Below, in pieces: positions 31,716 through 41,790 of a DNA stretch of 64,000 nt. The position numbers were made by a program, and so were the translations under genes. This stretch comes from Candidatus Poribacteria bacterium (lineage in GTDB: Bacteria > Poribacteria > WGA-4E > WGA-3G): NCBI GenBank assembly GCA_965215265.1, contig OZ244048.1, forward strand, positions 96,001 to 160,000, in the 5' to 3' direction. Numbering within the stretch: position 1 is the stretch's first letter; each line of letters starts with the position of its first letter. The notes under the pieces are model-generated. The model had not been told where the DNA came from. It saw only the letters and a list, made by a program, of their open reading frames with translations, and did no database searches.

Positions 31716-32849
31716 TTATTGTGGCGTACACACCGTAAACCCATTCTCTTCGACTGCTTTTTGGTACGGGGTTTCGTCTAGAGCCAAGCCGAAGCCTGGA
31801 AGTTTCGGTACATTCACGTAGCCATCCGATATTGAGTAAGCTGAATCGTCCAATCCAGGGGTGGTTGCACTATCCCATTCCACGAATTCAAACCGAGCTA
31901 CTTTTGCAGCGAGGTGTGCTGAGACGTAATTTCCATAATGTCCCCCGTAGTGATGTGGGGCTGTACCGACGTTCCAGTCATCTAGCTGCGGTCCTAACTC
32001 CAGCCATCGCGAGAAACCGGGGTTGAAAATGTCGTATTGGACGATATCAACGAGTCCGTCTTTTGCCCACTGCAACAAGTGTGGTGATGCGCCCCCCTCG
32101 CCATCAGCAATTCGTGTAGGCAAGTCCTCGGTGTTCAGCCATTCTCTCAGGTGGCTATACAGTCTGGCATCTTCGTGGAATGCTTCCTCCATCCAATAGA
32201 CATTTGCATCAGCGGTTTCACTTAATACCTGCTTCGTTAAGTTGAGGTTATAGCCGTTGTTTGCATCAATCAGGAGTGTTGCATCGGGCCCGACGGCTTC
32301 TCGGACTGCGCGGATAACGTGAATATCTCGTTGTGTTCCTTTTTCAAGGGGCATGTGCATCGCGCCGCGTCCGACCTTAATTTTAAAGGCGGTATGCCCG
32401 CGCGCCTCCCCCTCTAGCGCTTCAGAGGCGATAAGTGCGGCCCCTTCTGCATCATCATCCAGATGCAAATCATCAATGTATAACGAGGTATCATAGCACG
32501 GTGCCCGGAACGCACCATTGTGTCCAGAGAGCAGCTGATAAACCGGTTTCTGCTCCAGCTGCCCCACGAGATCCCAGAGCGGGTATTCCAAAGCCCGAAA
32601 CGCCTCTGCAACTCCATTTTCGGTATCAAAGGCATCGCTGAATTGGAAACCGACCATGGATGCTGCGACTTCTTTTGAGATCGATGAACGTCCGACTCCA
32701 CTAGCGCCGTCAGAGGTAGTTATCCGTGCTATGCTGGGATGCACATACAGTCCGTGTTCACCCAATCGAGAATTGCATCCGGCTTTCCGTGGACGTTCGC
32801 CTGTCAACCGTGCGCACTCAATCTTTTCAATTTTAACATTATGCTCCAT
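31716..32849 (-). CDS. Mandelate racemase/muconate lactonizing enzyme family protein
   Basis: LWDLVG, FKIKVGRG, LLIDANNGY, WMEEAF, IADGE, PGFGL. Confidence 0.88.
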   Translation of the reverse strand: MEHNVKIEKIECARLTGERPRKAGCNSRLGEHGLYVHPSIARITTSDGASGVGRSSISKEVAASMVGFQFSDAFDTENGVAEAFRALEYPLWDLVGQLEQKPVYQLLSGHNGAFRAPCYDTSLYIDDLHLDDDAEGAALIASEALEGEARGHTAFKIKVGRGAMHMPLEKGTQRDIHVIRAVREAVGPDATLLIDANNGYNLNLTKQVLSETADANVYWMEEAFHEDARLYSHLREWLNTEDLPTRIADGEGGASPHLLQWAKDGLVDIVQYDIFNPGFSRWLELGPQLDDWNVGTAPHHYGGHYGNYVSAHLAAKVARFEFVEWDSATTPGLDDSAYSISDGYVNVPKLPGFGLALDETPYQKAVEENGFTVCTPQ

Positions 32850-32860
32850 CGCAAGTATCC

Positions 32861-33370
32861 TTATATTTGGGTTTCAAGCAGTGCAAGGCTCTTCGCATCT
32901 AATCGATGATAGTTTTCAATCTCATAGCGATTGCCATCTGCATCTTTAATAAGTACCTGCCCACTCTCAAGTGTGACGACATCGTAACGTGTCTTTAAGC
33001 CAAATTCAACTTCACCGCGGTTGGTTTCTACCGTCCACTTTGTCACCCCAAATTCTCCGTTTAATGCGTGGATTTTTGTAATCTTCGGCATAAAGTAGCG
33101 TCTTTCCAATTCAGCCACCAGGACCTTCTGTGAGGAATTGGAGAGCTGCTTGATGTCATGAATAACCCCGAGCTCGCTTGATTCACTATCCAATAACGCG
33201 ATGTACTTGTTCGGCTCAGTTAACGGGAACGTAAGAATAGGCTCGACGTTGGTATGGGTTGTGCCGTTGGGGAGTCTGACTACCATTTCTTCAAACGAGT
33301 CGCGTTCAATTTTAAGTCGACTCGCATCAAGGAATTGTAACTCTTCTGTAATGTGAATAGGTTCTGTCAT
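32861..33370 (-). CDS. DUF1854-like protein
   Basis: FPLTEP..YIAL, ELERRYFMPKI, WTVETNRG, DADGNRYEI; lies downstream of an ABC exporter as is usual for the family. Confidence 0.8.
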   Translation of the reverse strand: MTEPIHITEELQFLDASRLKIERDSFEEMVVRLPNGTTHTNVEPILTFPLTEPNKYIALLDSESSELGVIHDIKQLSNSSQKVLVAELERRYFMPKITKIHALNGEFGVTKWTVETNRGEVEFGLKTRYDVVTLESGQVLIKDADGNRYEIENYHRLDAKSLALLETQI

Positions 33371-33377
33371 TTTTTCC

Positions 33378-33473
33378 TTTTTTCGTATATTTCAGCCCCA
33401 TCAAGGGTTATGTATTGTTAAATCCGAGGTTTTTACATTGCAGCCGCCTTGTTACGGGCTCCTGTAGACGAAA
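33378..33473. repeat. Internally deleted two-arm copy of the palindromic repeat family
   Basis: Left end TTTCGTATATTTCAGCCCCATCAA; right end reverse complement TTTCGTCTACAGGAGCCCGTAACAAGGCGGCTGCAAT, matching the left arm of 21847. Fills almost the whole intergenic space. Confidence 0.85.
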
Positions 33474-33481
33474 GATGGAGG

Positions 33482-35905
33482 TTACCATGCTCGAATTTTT
33501 GACAATTCTGTCTGTTTTTGACATAAAGTTGCATAGGTACCATCCTTAGCGAGCAATTCTTCATGCGTACCGATTTCATCAATTTTTCCTTCTTTCAAGA
33601 CAATCAGCCGGTCGGCGTATTTAAGAGTTGAAAGGCGGTGTGCGATAGCGAAAACGGTGCGGCCCCGCACGAGCCGTTCTAAGGCTTCCTGAATTTTAGA
33701 TTCTGTTTCAGTATCGACGGACGAGGTAGCTTCATCCAGGATGAGAATGCGTGGATTTTTCAAGATTGCACGCGCAATAGAAATCCGCTGCCGTTCCCCA
33801 CCGGACACCCGGGCACCACGTTCCCCGACCATGGTGTCGTAGCCATCTGGGAACTTAATGATAAAGTCGTGCGCGTTGGCCGCTTTGGCTGCTGCTATAA
33901 TTTCATGACGGGTTGCCCCCGGTTTCGAATAGCCGATATTCTCCGCTATCGTCCCTTGGAAGAGGAACGGATCTTGTAAAACCACGCCTATTTGTTGACG
34001 CAACGTCTTTAAACGAATGGATTGGTGGTCCTGTCCATCAATCTTTATATTACCACTGCTCGGATCGTAGAATCGGGTAATCAAATTGATGAGCGTACTC
34101 TTTCCGGCCCCACTATGTCCAACTAACCCGATCATTTCCCCGGATGCTACTTGAAAACTAACCCCATTTAGTGCGTTCTTTTCGGTATCGTAAGAGAAAT
34201 AGACATCTTTGAATTCGACATCCCCTTGCACATTTTCAAGCGCGATAGCCTCTTGTTTATCTGCAACAGAGGGCGGTGTATCTAATATCTCAAAAACGCG
34301 CTCAGCGGAAGTGGCTGCTCGAACAAATCGCTCGTTCATGTGAGAGAGCGTGTAGACTGGCCCGAAGAACCGATGCATCAGACTCTGGAACATGAACAGC
34401 GCGCCAAGTGTAAGTTCTCCGTTGAATATTTGTTGTCCACCTACGAACCAGATTATAATCGAACCGGAAAAGACGATAAAGCCCATAACCGGACGGTAAA
34501 GCGTCCATAATTTCGCGGCGTTCATTTCACCGTGGAAAACCTGATCTGTCTGTTCGTTAAACCGGCTCACTTCATGGCGTTCACGGGCAAAAGCTTTAAC
34601 GACACGGATGCCTGGAATCGTACTCGCCAAAATGGTACTAATGTTGGCGTATCTTTTCCATAAAACGGTGAAGACCTTGCCCATCTTTTTTCCGAAAAAG
34701 ATCGTGAAGAAGATCAGACACGGAATCGGAATCAGTGTCCACAGTGCCAATTTCCAATTATCAAAGAACATGATAATGGCGATAAAAATTATTGTGAGCG
34801 AGTCGCCAATAATATCTTGTACGCCATTCGCTATGAAGTCCCGGAGCCTCGCGACATCTTGCGTGATTCGTGACATCAGGTTTCCGGTATCCCGTTCCTG
34901 ATAAAAATCGAGAGAGAGCGCGTTTAGATGTTCGTATGTCTCGTTTCGCAGATGGCGTGTGATGTTCTGCCCGACCCAGGCCATCATATAGCCACGAATT
35001 GCGGAAGTGGCTGTTGTGAAAACGTTTACGGATGCCATTAAAAAGACGATGAAAACGAGGTGTCCCCACTGGCCAGGCACCGGTATAGCGGTGAACCAAT
35101 TCCCTAACCAATTTATGAACCCCTCAAGATGTCCCCAGCTGGTTACTGGCAGCGGGTTACCTTGTGCGACAGCATTGGCAACGGGGGTAAGAATGTTATC
35201 TACCATTTGTTTGCTAAGAATAGGCGGATAAAGCGAGACCGCGCGAATCACCATCATCAAAGCAAGGGCAGGTAAAACAACATACCAAAACGGAAACGCG
35301 TATTTAATCAACCGGAAAATCAGTTTCCGTTTTTCAACGCAATTCACACACACACCAGACCAGCTCGGAATCGGCTGTCCGCATGTTTCACACTTATCCT
35401 TGTTTTTCCCTAACCCTTTAGGTTTTGGTGCCTGTTCTTTCTCGGATGCATCTGGATTGGCTTCCTTCACGAGAGATTCTAAGGCAGGTGTTACCAATTC
35501 GAACTTAGGTGCAACTCGCCTCGAGTAGCGTGCTACTTCCATTGCATTGTCTGGCGTACGCACTTTCAGGATGTTGTTGCCGTGCATCTCCAGCACATCA
35601 ACGGTCTCAACCGAATTTAAGGGAATCTCACGTAGTTCGTGGTCGGGTGAGCCGTTTTGGTTAAAAGCGATGAGACGTTTATTAGTCGCAATTACCCAAT
35701 CCTTGCCGTAGGTTCCATTAAACCGGAGATCTGTTGAAACCGAGACCTTAATCCTCTCCCCGTTTGAAAGGAATCTCTGTAAACGTTTATCCAAATTTTC
35801 AGGAATTTCTTCTGTTGTTGTTAACGCTTCGTCTGCCTGTTTATCGAAGTGCGCACGCCCGTATGAGGGGCTCCGTCGGCTAAACTCACGTCGCGTCCTG
35901 TCCAT
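33482..35905 (-). CDS. ABC exporter, fused permease/ATPase with N-terminal extra domain and CxxC-CxxC motif
   Basis: GHSGAGKS, VSGGERQR, LILDEATSSVD, IAHRLST; six TM helices; CETC...CVNC. Start ATG 35905 after GGAGG. Confidence 0.93.
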   Translation of the reverse strand: MDRTRREFSRRSPSYGRAHFDKQADEALTTTEEIPENLDKRLQRFLSNGERIKVSVSTDLRFNGTYGKDWVIATNKRLIAFNQNGSPDHELREIPLNSVETVDVLEMHGNNILKVRTPDNAMEVARYSRRVAPKFELVTPALESLVKEANPDASEKEQAPKPKGLGKNKDKCETCGQPIPSWSGVCVNCVEKRKLIFRLIKYAFPFWYVVLPALALMMVIRAVSLYPPILSKQMVDNILTPVANAVAQGNPLPVTSWGHLEGFINWLGNWFTAIPVPGQWGHLVFIVFLMASVNVFTTATSAIRGYMMAWVGQNITRHLRNETYEHLNALSLDFYQERDTGNLMSRITQDVARLRDFIANGVQDIIGDSLTIIFIAIIMFFDNWKLALWTLIPIPCLIFFTIFFGKKMGKVFTVLWKRYANISTILASTIPGIRVVKAFARERHEVSRFNEQTDQVFHGEMNAAKLWTLYRPVMGFIVFSGSIIIWFVGGQQIFNGELTLGALFMFQSLMHRFFGPVYTLSHMNERFVRAATSAERVFEILDTPPSVADKQEAIALENVQGDVEFKDVYFSYDTEKNALNGVSFQVASGEMIGLVGHSGAGKSTLINLITRFYDPSSGNIKIDGQDHQSIRLKTLRQQIGVVLQDPFLFQGTIAENIGYSKPGATRHEIIAAAKAANAHDFIIKFPDGYDTMVGERGARVSGGERQRISIARAILKNPRILILDEATSSVDTETESKIQEALERLVRGRTVFAIAHRLSTLKYADRLIVLKEGKIDEIGTHEELLAKDGTYATLCQKQTELSKIRAW

Positions 35906-36174
35906 TAGCAAACCTCCGCACTGAGTGCAAAATTTGCGAAACCCTATGTTCAGACTCAAAATTGTTTAATTAACGAAAAAACTAAAAAAAGGTTGAATAA
36001 ATTTTAACAAATTCTCTAAAAAAACGGAAAACCTGAAAATAAGCCCGCGTATCTGCTAAATCTCTATGAAAATTGTAAGCGGTGGTTCTTGCTTTTTTAT
36101 TTAAACGTTGGTAAACTAAATCCAAAATAGAGAGAACTGAAATTCGACAATTCGATTGAAAAACGGAGGGAAAA

Positions 36175-36912
36175 ATGGTTTTCAGAAATTTGGTCCTTTT
36201 ATGCACAGTATTAACCTTCGGAAGCATCATTTCGCTGAGTGCCCCGGCAGTGCTGCTGTTCCATGACGATTTTGAAAAGGATGAAATTGGTAAGGAACCT
36301 GGGAAATGGAGCGTGGGGCATGATGGCAGCACAACGGCTCAGGTTGTTGCAGATCCGAAAGATGCTAGGAACAGAGTGCTTTTAACTGCGGATAAAGCCT
36401 CCAACCAATCACGGCATGATGTCGGCGGTTCTATTTACGTTGTAGGCGATGCGAATTGGGACGACTACGTCGCGGAATGGGACATGATGTTTCCAGACGA
36501 CTTCTACATGGGGGTTGTCTTCCGGTTTCAGGACGGTGAGAAATTCTATCTCAGCGATCGGCGGCAGGGAGGCCGAGATTACCACTTCTATAAACGGCAA
36601 GGCGGATGGGCACAAGTACAAGCCGGAATGGTGGAAAACGAACCCGAAGTCTGGTATCGCGCACAACTCGTACTTTCCGGAGATGAATTCACCTTTAAAC
36701 TAAAGGAGCGGAAGAATAACACCACGTTTGATAAAATTGATGCCGCCACTGAAGGTTCAGATGCGACTTTCAAAACGGGGCAGTTCGGGAACTATGGTCT
36801 CGTTTATCTGGATAACATCTTCATCGGAGATGCCGTTGAAGACCTGGTTTTGCCTGTTGAAGCGCAGGGTAAGTTAAGCACAACATGGGGCGCGATTAAG
36901 ACTGCCTATTAA
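36175..36912 (+). CDS. Secreted beta-sandwich (ConA/DUF1080-like) protein with C-terminal 'GKLSTTWGAIK' motif
   Basis: Signal peptide; LFHDDFE, WDDYVAE, GVVFRFQD; GGAGG RBS. Confidence 0.75.
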   Translation: MVFRNLVLLCTVLTFGSIISLSAPAVLLFHDDFEKDEIGKEPGKWSVGHDGSTTAQVVADPKDARNRVLLTADKASNQSRHDVGGSIYVVGDANWDDYVAEWDMMFPDDFYMGVVFRFQDGEKFYLSDRRQGGRDYHFYKRQGGWAQVQAGMVENEPEVWYRAQLVLSGDEFTFKLKERKNNTTFDKIDAATEGSDATFKTGQFGNYGLVYLDNIFIGDAVEDLVLPVEAQGKLSTTWGAIKTAY

Positions 36913-36955
36913 TTCCGTTTTAACCTAACCTGTAAAAAAAGGAGTTGGAACAGAT

Positions 36956-38248
36956 ATGTCAACAGTAATTACCTACGGCGGGAAAGAGAACGTCATAACA
37001 GCTCATGAGAAACGCGCCCTGTTAAATGAAGCATTACTCAAACTGGGTGGTATTCCAAAAAAGATTTTGGTGATTCCTCCGGATATAACCCGCTTCCATT
37101 CAAATGCAGGTGAACTCACCCGAATTCTCTATGAGTTATGGGATGCTGCAAACGGTACTATATTTGATATTCTGCCTGCAATCGGCACGCACGCCCCGAT
37201 GACATCTGACCAGATTAACGATATGTACGGCCAATTGCCCAAGGCAACCTATCACGTTCATAATTGGCGGAAAGGCCTTCACGACTTCGGGGAGGTGCCA
37301 TCAGAGTTTGTGCATGAGGTTTCAAGCGGCAAAATCAGTTATAGCATCCCGGTCTCTGTAAACCGTCTATTAGTTGAGGGAGATTACGAGCTCATCATCT
37401 CTATTGGGCAGGTTATTCCCCACGAGGTGATCGGCATGGCAAACGGCTTTAAGAATATCCTTGTCGGTACTGGTGGGGTTGAAATGATTAACAAGTCCCA
37501 TTTCTTAGGCGCTGTAGACGGAATGGAGCAGCTGATGGGACGGACGCACACGTCGGTACGGAAGGTACTCAACTATGCGAACGCACACTACCTAAAACAA
37601 CTTGGGATTGTCTATCTGATGACTGTCATGGATGTAGACATCGCCGGAAATCGTGTGATGCGCGGACTTTACGTGGGCGACGATGCTGACACTTTTGAGA
37701 TGGCTGCCGCATTAAGCCGCGCCGTTAATCTAACTTTTTTAGATGAACCCTTAAAAAAATCTGTTGTCTATTTGGACCCGCGGGAATTTAAGAGTACCTG
37801 GCTCGGTAATAAAGCAATCTATCGTACCCGGATGGCGATGGCAGATAACGGCACCCTAATTATCATTGCCCCGGGGCTCCAGGAATTTGGTGAAGACCCG
37901 GAAATTGACCGCCTCATCCGAAAATACGGCTATCGTGGCACAACTGCAACACTCCAGGCTGTTGAAGAAAATCTAGAATTGCGACAGAACCTCTCCGCTG
38001 CAGCCCACTTAATTCATGGTAGTACAGAAAACCGGTTCAAAGTTGTCTACGCTACCGAACATCTGACGCAAACTGAAATTGAATCTGTCGGATATGAGTG
38101 GGCTCCCTTAGACGAAATTCTTTCCACATATAACCCTAAAACGCTTGTGGATGGGTTCCATGGAAAATCTGATGAGGATCGTTTTTTCTATATCAGTGAA
38201 CCTGGGCAAGGGCTATGGGCATTGTGCTCGCAATTTAAAGCGTATTAA
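36956..38248 (+). CDS. LarA-family (DUF2088, lactate racemase-like) protein
   Basis: ILVIPPDITR, AIGTHAPM, HNW, PHEVIGMANGFKNILVG. Confidence 0.85.
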   Translation: MSTVITYGGKENVITAHEKRALLNEALLKLGGIPKKILVIPPDITRFHSNAGELTRILYELWDAANGTIFDILPAIGTHAPMTSDQINDMYGQLPKATYHVHNWRKGLHDFGEVPSEFVHEVSSGKISYSIPVSVNRLLVEGDYELIISIGQVIPHEVIGMANGFKNILVGTGGVEMINKSHFLGAVDGMEQLMGRTHTSVRKVLNYANAHYLKQLGIVYLMTVMDVDIAGNRVMRGLYVGDDADTFEMAAALSRAVNLTFLDEPLKKSVVYLDPREFKSTWLGNKAIYRTRMAMADNGTLIIIAPGLQEFGEDPEIDRLIRKYGYRGTTATLQAVEENLELRQNLSAAAHLIHGSTENRFKVVYATEHLTQTEIESVGYEWAPLDEILSTYNPKTLVDGFHGKSDEDRFFYISEPGQGLWALCSQFKAY

Positions 38249-38939
38249 GCAGCCCTGGTAATTCCGAGAGGCACTGAATCGTTTTGTGCCATCGATGCGG
38301 TTGCGTACCGGCCCGGTCGATGAGAATAGCTCGGATGCCTACGTTCTCTGCACCGACGATATCGGCTTCGTAGGTATCCCCTATGTGAACGGTTTCCTCA
38401 GCAGGAACGTTGATTGCTCTCAGTGTGTAGTTAAAGATATGTGGTGCCGGCTTTGCTGCCCTGACACGTTCATCGTGAGAAGCGACAATTGCATCAAAAT
38501 AGTGTGCAATACCGAGCCGCTCAGTCAGTGGATCCAACGGTGTATCCCAATTTGAGACAATCGCTAACTTAAATCCGTCATTTCTCAAACACTGGAGCGT
38601 CGGGATGACATCCTCGTAGAGCGTCGCTTTACTTGCAGAAAAGAGCGAGTGTTCATACTGCAACAATTCCCAACTCATCTGTTCTATATACTGTTGAGCT
38701 CCAAGTTCCCTGAACAGATCACAATAACTGGCAAAAATCTTTTGCATCGTCTGTTGCAGGCTGTGGTGAGTCGGATCTGAAGCGGATGCATCGGCATAGA
38801 GGTTCGCACGTGCCTCTTCATAACGTTTCCAGTTAATTGGAGCCCGATACCGTTCAGCAATCTTTTGAAGCGTTTCAGCAAGTGTTCCTTGCCAGACACA
38901 CAATGTTTTGTAGAAATCAAAGAAAACTGCTTTAACCAT
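38235..38939 (-). CDS. HAD-superfamily hydrolase
   Basis: FFDFYKTL, IVSNWD, KPAPHIF, HIGDTYEADIVGA. Confidence 0.92.
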   Translation of the reverse strand: MVKAVFFDFYKTLCVWQGTLAETLQKIAERYRAPINWKRYEEARANLYADASASDPTHHSLQQTMQKIFASYCDLFRELGAQQYIEQMSWELLQYEHSLFSASKATLYEDVIPTLQCLRNDGFKLAIVSNWDTPLDPLTERLGIAHYFDAIVASHDERVRAAKPAPHIFNYTLRAINVPAEETVHIGDTYEADIVGAENVGIRAILIDRAGTQPHRWHKTIQCLSELPGLLNTL

Positions 38940-39235
38940 TTTAGTGAATTCCGCGACACCTCTAGATTTTCAACCTCTTGATCTGTCAAAGGTTTAACTA
39001 TTATAGCATATTAAATAGGGCATTGCAACTTTTTTCATCTTCTTGCCAAAAACCGTGAGGGTTCATTTTTATTTATTAAATCACGGTTCAACTCCGTAGC
39101 CCCTTTATGAGTCAACGTGCCAAAAGCATGTAGGGCTTTTGGTAGGGGTACCCTCTCTTGTCAATTTCGCGCGATACCTTGGTATTGTAGCGGCACGTCC
39201 CCCATCTGCGAGTTGCGCAGTGCGATTTTATTCGC

Positions 39236-39264
39236 TTGACAAATTTTTGCTGAAATCCTATAAT
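39236..39264 (+). promoter_or_regulatory. Consensus sigma70 promoter
   Basis: TTGACA (39236-39241) - 17 nt - TATAAT (39259-39264). Confidence 0.8.
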
Positions 39265-39387
39265 AACGGGTAACATCGTTAAGAAAACTCGCAGTGTTTT
39301 TTACACTGCAAATCGATAGAGCAGCTGAGTTACACATGCATTCAACTCGGCTTTCTCAATCATCAACCTATAAGGAGGCAAAATTAA

Positions 39388-40218
39388 ATGACTCGATGTT
39401 ATCAATTCACACTCGCAACGGCGATTATGTTCGCGCTAGTTATGAGTATCTCCCACTTTGCATTCGCACAAGGTAAAGTTAACGTTAAAGAAGGTCCCTT
39501 AAAAGAGAAGGATTGGATGGTAAAGGTCCCCGGTGCAGAATTGAGCGAAGACCATTCCAAAGTTAAGACGTGGATCAGTAAGTGGTATGGACCCGAGGGT
39601 AACTATGAAAACAACGGTAGTTTTCAAGTTTCTGCGCCGAAAGATCTGATTGACGAAGGCTCTAACGGTAAACTTGATCAGGTTTCACTTTCAACGGTTG
39701 AAGGTTTGAAAAAGACTCAAACCATTAAAATGGCGTGGGATAAAAAGAACGGCGGCACTCGAGAGTGGACAGTCTTTGAACTTGACGTTGCAAGCCAGGA
39801 TAATATGAACCGGGACGGCCCCGCGGATAACATTGATACCTACGTTATGTGTGTTCTTGCCGCACCCAAAGATATGAAAGCGGTGATGTCCCCTGCACAC
39901 GACGACCACGCACAAATCTGGATCAACGGTGAGAAATGGTACAACAATCCTACTTGGACGGGTGCCGCGCAACAGGTCGACTACAACATAGAAATCCAGT
40001 TGCAAAAAGGCGCAAATGTCTTTCTCTATAGGGTTGGCGAATCCGGAGGAGCTGCGTATATCAATTTGCATTTCGACGACAATACGCACAAAGTCTGCCA
40101 GATCTATCCGGATAAGGCAAACGACCAGCAAAGTTTCTTCAGAGAAGTCGCCGGGGTCTTGCCGGTTGAGCCTACCGGCAAATTGACAACGGTTTGGGCA
40201 GACCTTAAACGCGAATAG
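39388..40218 (+). CDS. Secreted protein (galactose-binding/PA14-like) with C-terminal 'VEPTGKLTTVWADLK' motif
   Basis: Signal peptide AFA; HDDHAQIWINGE, LQKGAN; AAGGAGG RBS. Confidence 0.75.
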   Translation: MTRCYQFTLATAIMFALVMSISHFAFAQGKVNVKEGPLKEKDWMVKVPGAELSEDHSKVKTWISKWYGPEGNYENNGSFQVSAPKDLIDEGSNGKLDQVSLSTVEGLKKTQTIKMAWDKKNGGTREWTVFELDVASQDNMNRDGPADNIDTYVMCVLAAPKDMKAVMSPAHDDHAQIWINGEKWYNNPTWTGAAQQVDYNIEIQLQKGANVFLYRVGESGGAAYINLHFDDNTHKVCQIYPDKANDQQSFFREVAGVLPVEPTGKLTTVWADLKRE

Positions 40219-40316
40219 CACATCCAACCACACGTATCTATAAATCTATAATAAACCTTGTGCCTTACTGATGCACAGAGAGATAGAATCCTCGTGATAC
40301 AATTTGTGGGTAATAG

Positions 40317-40358
40317 TCCCTCGCTAGAAGGCTAGAGAAGTTGCTTTCTAGCGAGGGA
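40317..40358. terminator. Hairpin between convergent genes, probable bidirectional terminator
   Basis: TCCCTCGCTAGAA / TTCTAGCGAGGGA, a 13-bp perfect stem. Confidence 0.7.
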
Positions 40359-40413
40359 ATTTAAATTGCCTTATTGTTCTGTTATCAGGAATACTCGTGT
40401 GCCCTCTCGTTCG

Positions 40414-41166
40414 CTATTGGTAACGTGTTGGATCTGGGAGACCCGCTTCTTCAAAGCCTCGCTTGCGTAGAACGCAGCTATCACAACCCGCACAAGCATT
40501 CCCCTCGATATCCGGATCGTAGCAACTCAATGTGAGACTGTAATCGACACCTAGTGATATCCCGGTTTGGATAATCTCGGATTTTGTTTTATAAATAAGG
40601 GGTGTTTGAATTGTCAATTGCGTTTTGCCTTCAACCCCGGCTTTCGTAGCAAGGTTCGCCATCGTTTGATAGGCGTGAATATATTCAGGACGGCAATCTG
40701 GGTAACCGCTATAATCGACAGCATTGACCCCCATAAACATCGTATCTGCCTCGAGTACCTCTGCCCATGCGAGCGCGTAGGAGAGGAAGATGGTATTCCG
40801 GGCTGGCACGTAGGTAATTGGAATGCTTCCGGACATTTCTGCTTCGGAACGGTTCTTCGGTACTTCAATGTCAGCTGTCAATGCCGAGGCCCCGAAAGTG
40901 CGCAGGTCTATATCAACGACGGTGTGCTGTTGTACACCCATGACTTTGGCGATATTTTCTGCACATTTCAATTCAGCTTCGTGCCGCTGGCCGTATCTAA
41001 AAGTCATAGCGTAGGCATCGTAACCTTCGGCAATGACAATGGCGAGTACGGTGGTTGAATCTATGCCGCCACTTAATAGCGAGACTGCTTTCTTAGCCAA
41101 TTCTGATTTCCTTTTTGTCGATGACAGCGGTAATGCCTGCACCTCATCCAGGTGGAATGGGTGCAT
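40414..41166 (-). CDS. queC: 7-cyano-7-deazaguanine synthase
   Basis: [31 protein letters not shown]...CAGCDSC. Exact start uncertain. Confidence 0.96.
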   Translation of the reverse strand: MHPFHLDEVQALPLSSTKRKSELAKKAVSLLSGGIDSTTVLAIVIAEGYDAYAMTFRYGQRHEAELKCAENIAKVMGVQQHTVVDIDLRTFGASALTADIEVPKNRSEAEMSGSIPITYVPARNTIFLSYALAWAEVLEADTMFMGVNAVDYSGYPDCRPEYIHAYQTMANLATKAGVEGKTQLTIQTPLIYKTKSEIIQTGISLGVDYSLTLSCYDPDIEGNACAGCDSCVLRKRGFEEAGLPDPTRYQ

Positions 41167-41204
41167 TGCATTCCGCTGGCCATTATCTAGAGAATAGGGG
41201 GCCT

Positions 41205-41732
41205 TTACTCTTTTTCAAACTCTAACTTGGCAAAACGGAGGAAAATCCCACCCCCAGGCCTTGCAAAGGGTCCATTGACAGCCAAGCAGGCGATGACGTG
41301 TTTTGCACCTGGGGTTGCACTCTCGGAGACAACGACACGTTGGGGGGCATTGAAACCAGAGGCTGCGCCACGTCCTGATTCGCCAAAGGCCAGGTCAATC
41401 TCTCCGTCCACCCAGACTTCACCGTAATCGTCGATGCACGTATGGAACCACACCTCTGCTCCGGCGACTGAAACGCCGTCAACTTCTTCTGGAATTGTGA
41501 CAGTAATCCGATACCAGCCGAAGCAGAATCCGGTTGAGAGGATTTCTTGGATATTCTCACAAATGTGCCAATCTGAATCGTCATAATCAGCGAGACGGGC
41601 GGGTGTCTCTTGCAACTGATCGACTAAACCCCCGTTGGGTTCCCCGGGGACGAGGCCGTCTGCATAACGCCACTGTGCCTCGGTGAGTTGGAGGTGCTCT
41701 GGATTTTCCAAATCAAGTTGTGCAATAATCAT
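41205..41732 (-). CDS. Hypothetical protein, GH2-type sugar-binding (galactose-binding-like) domain
   Basis: [28 protein letters not shown]. Start MIIAQ after AAGGA. Confidence 0.7.
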   Translation of the reverse strand: MIIAQLDLENPEHLQLTEAQWRYADGLVPGEPNGGLVDQLQETPARLADYDDSDWHICENIQEILSTGFCFGWYRITVTIPEEVDGVSVAGAEVWFHTCIDDYGEVWVDGEIDLAFGESGRGAASGFNAPQRVVVSESATPGAKHVIACLAVNGPFARPGGGIFLRFAKLEFEKE

Positions 41733-41790
41733 TTTGTATTCCTTTCTGACAATAGAGTCGAGCCGTGCGCTTCTAAGTGGCACGTCCCGC

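Noticed and set aside
39100-39230. GTAG-type REP elements (also ~12295)
   Set aside because: GTAGGG words are present, but I could not find convincing paired palindromes or a RAYT gene.
40414-41166. queC as part of a Dpd or QatABCD defence system
   Set aside because: Canonical housekeeping QueC sequence with no dpd or qat neighbours.
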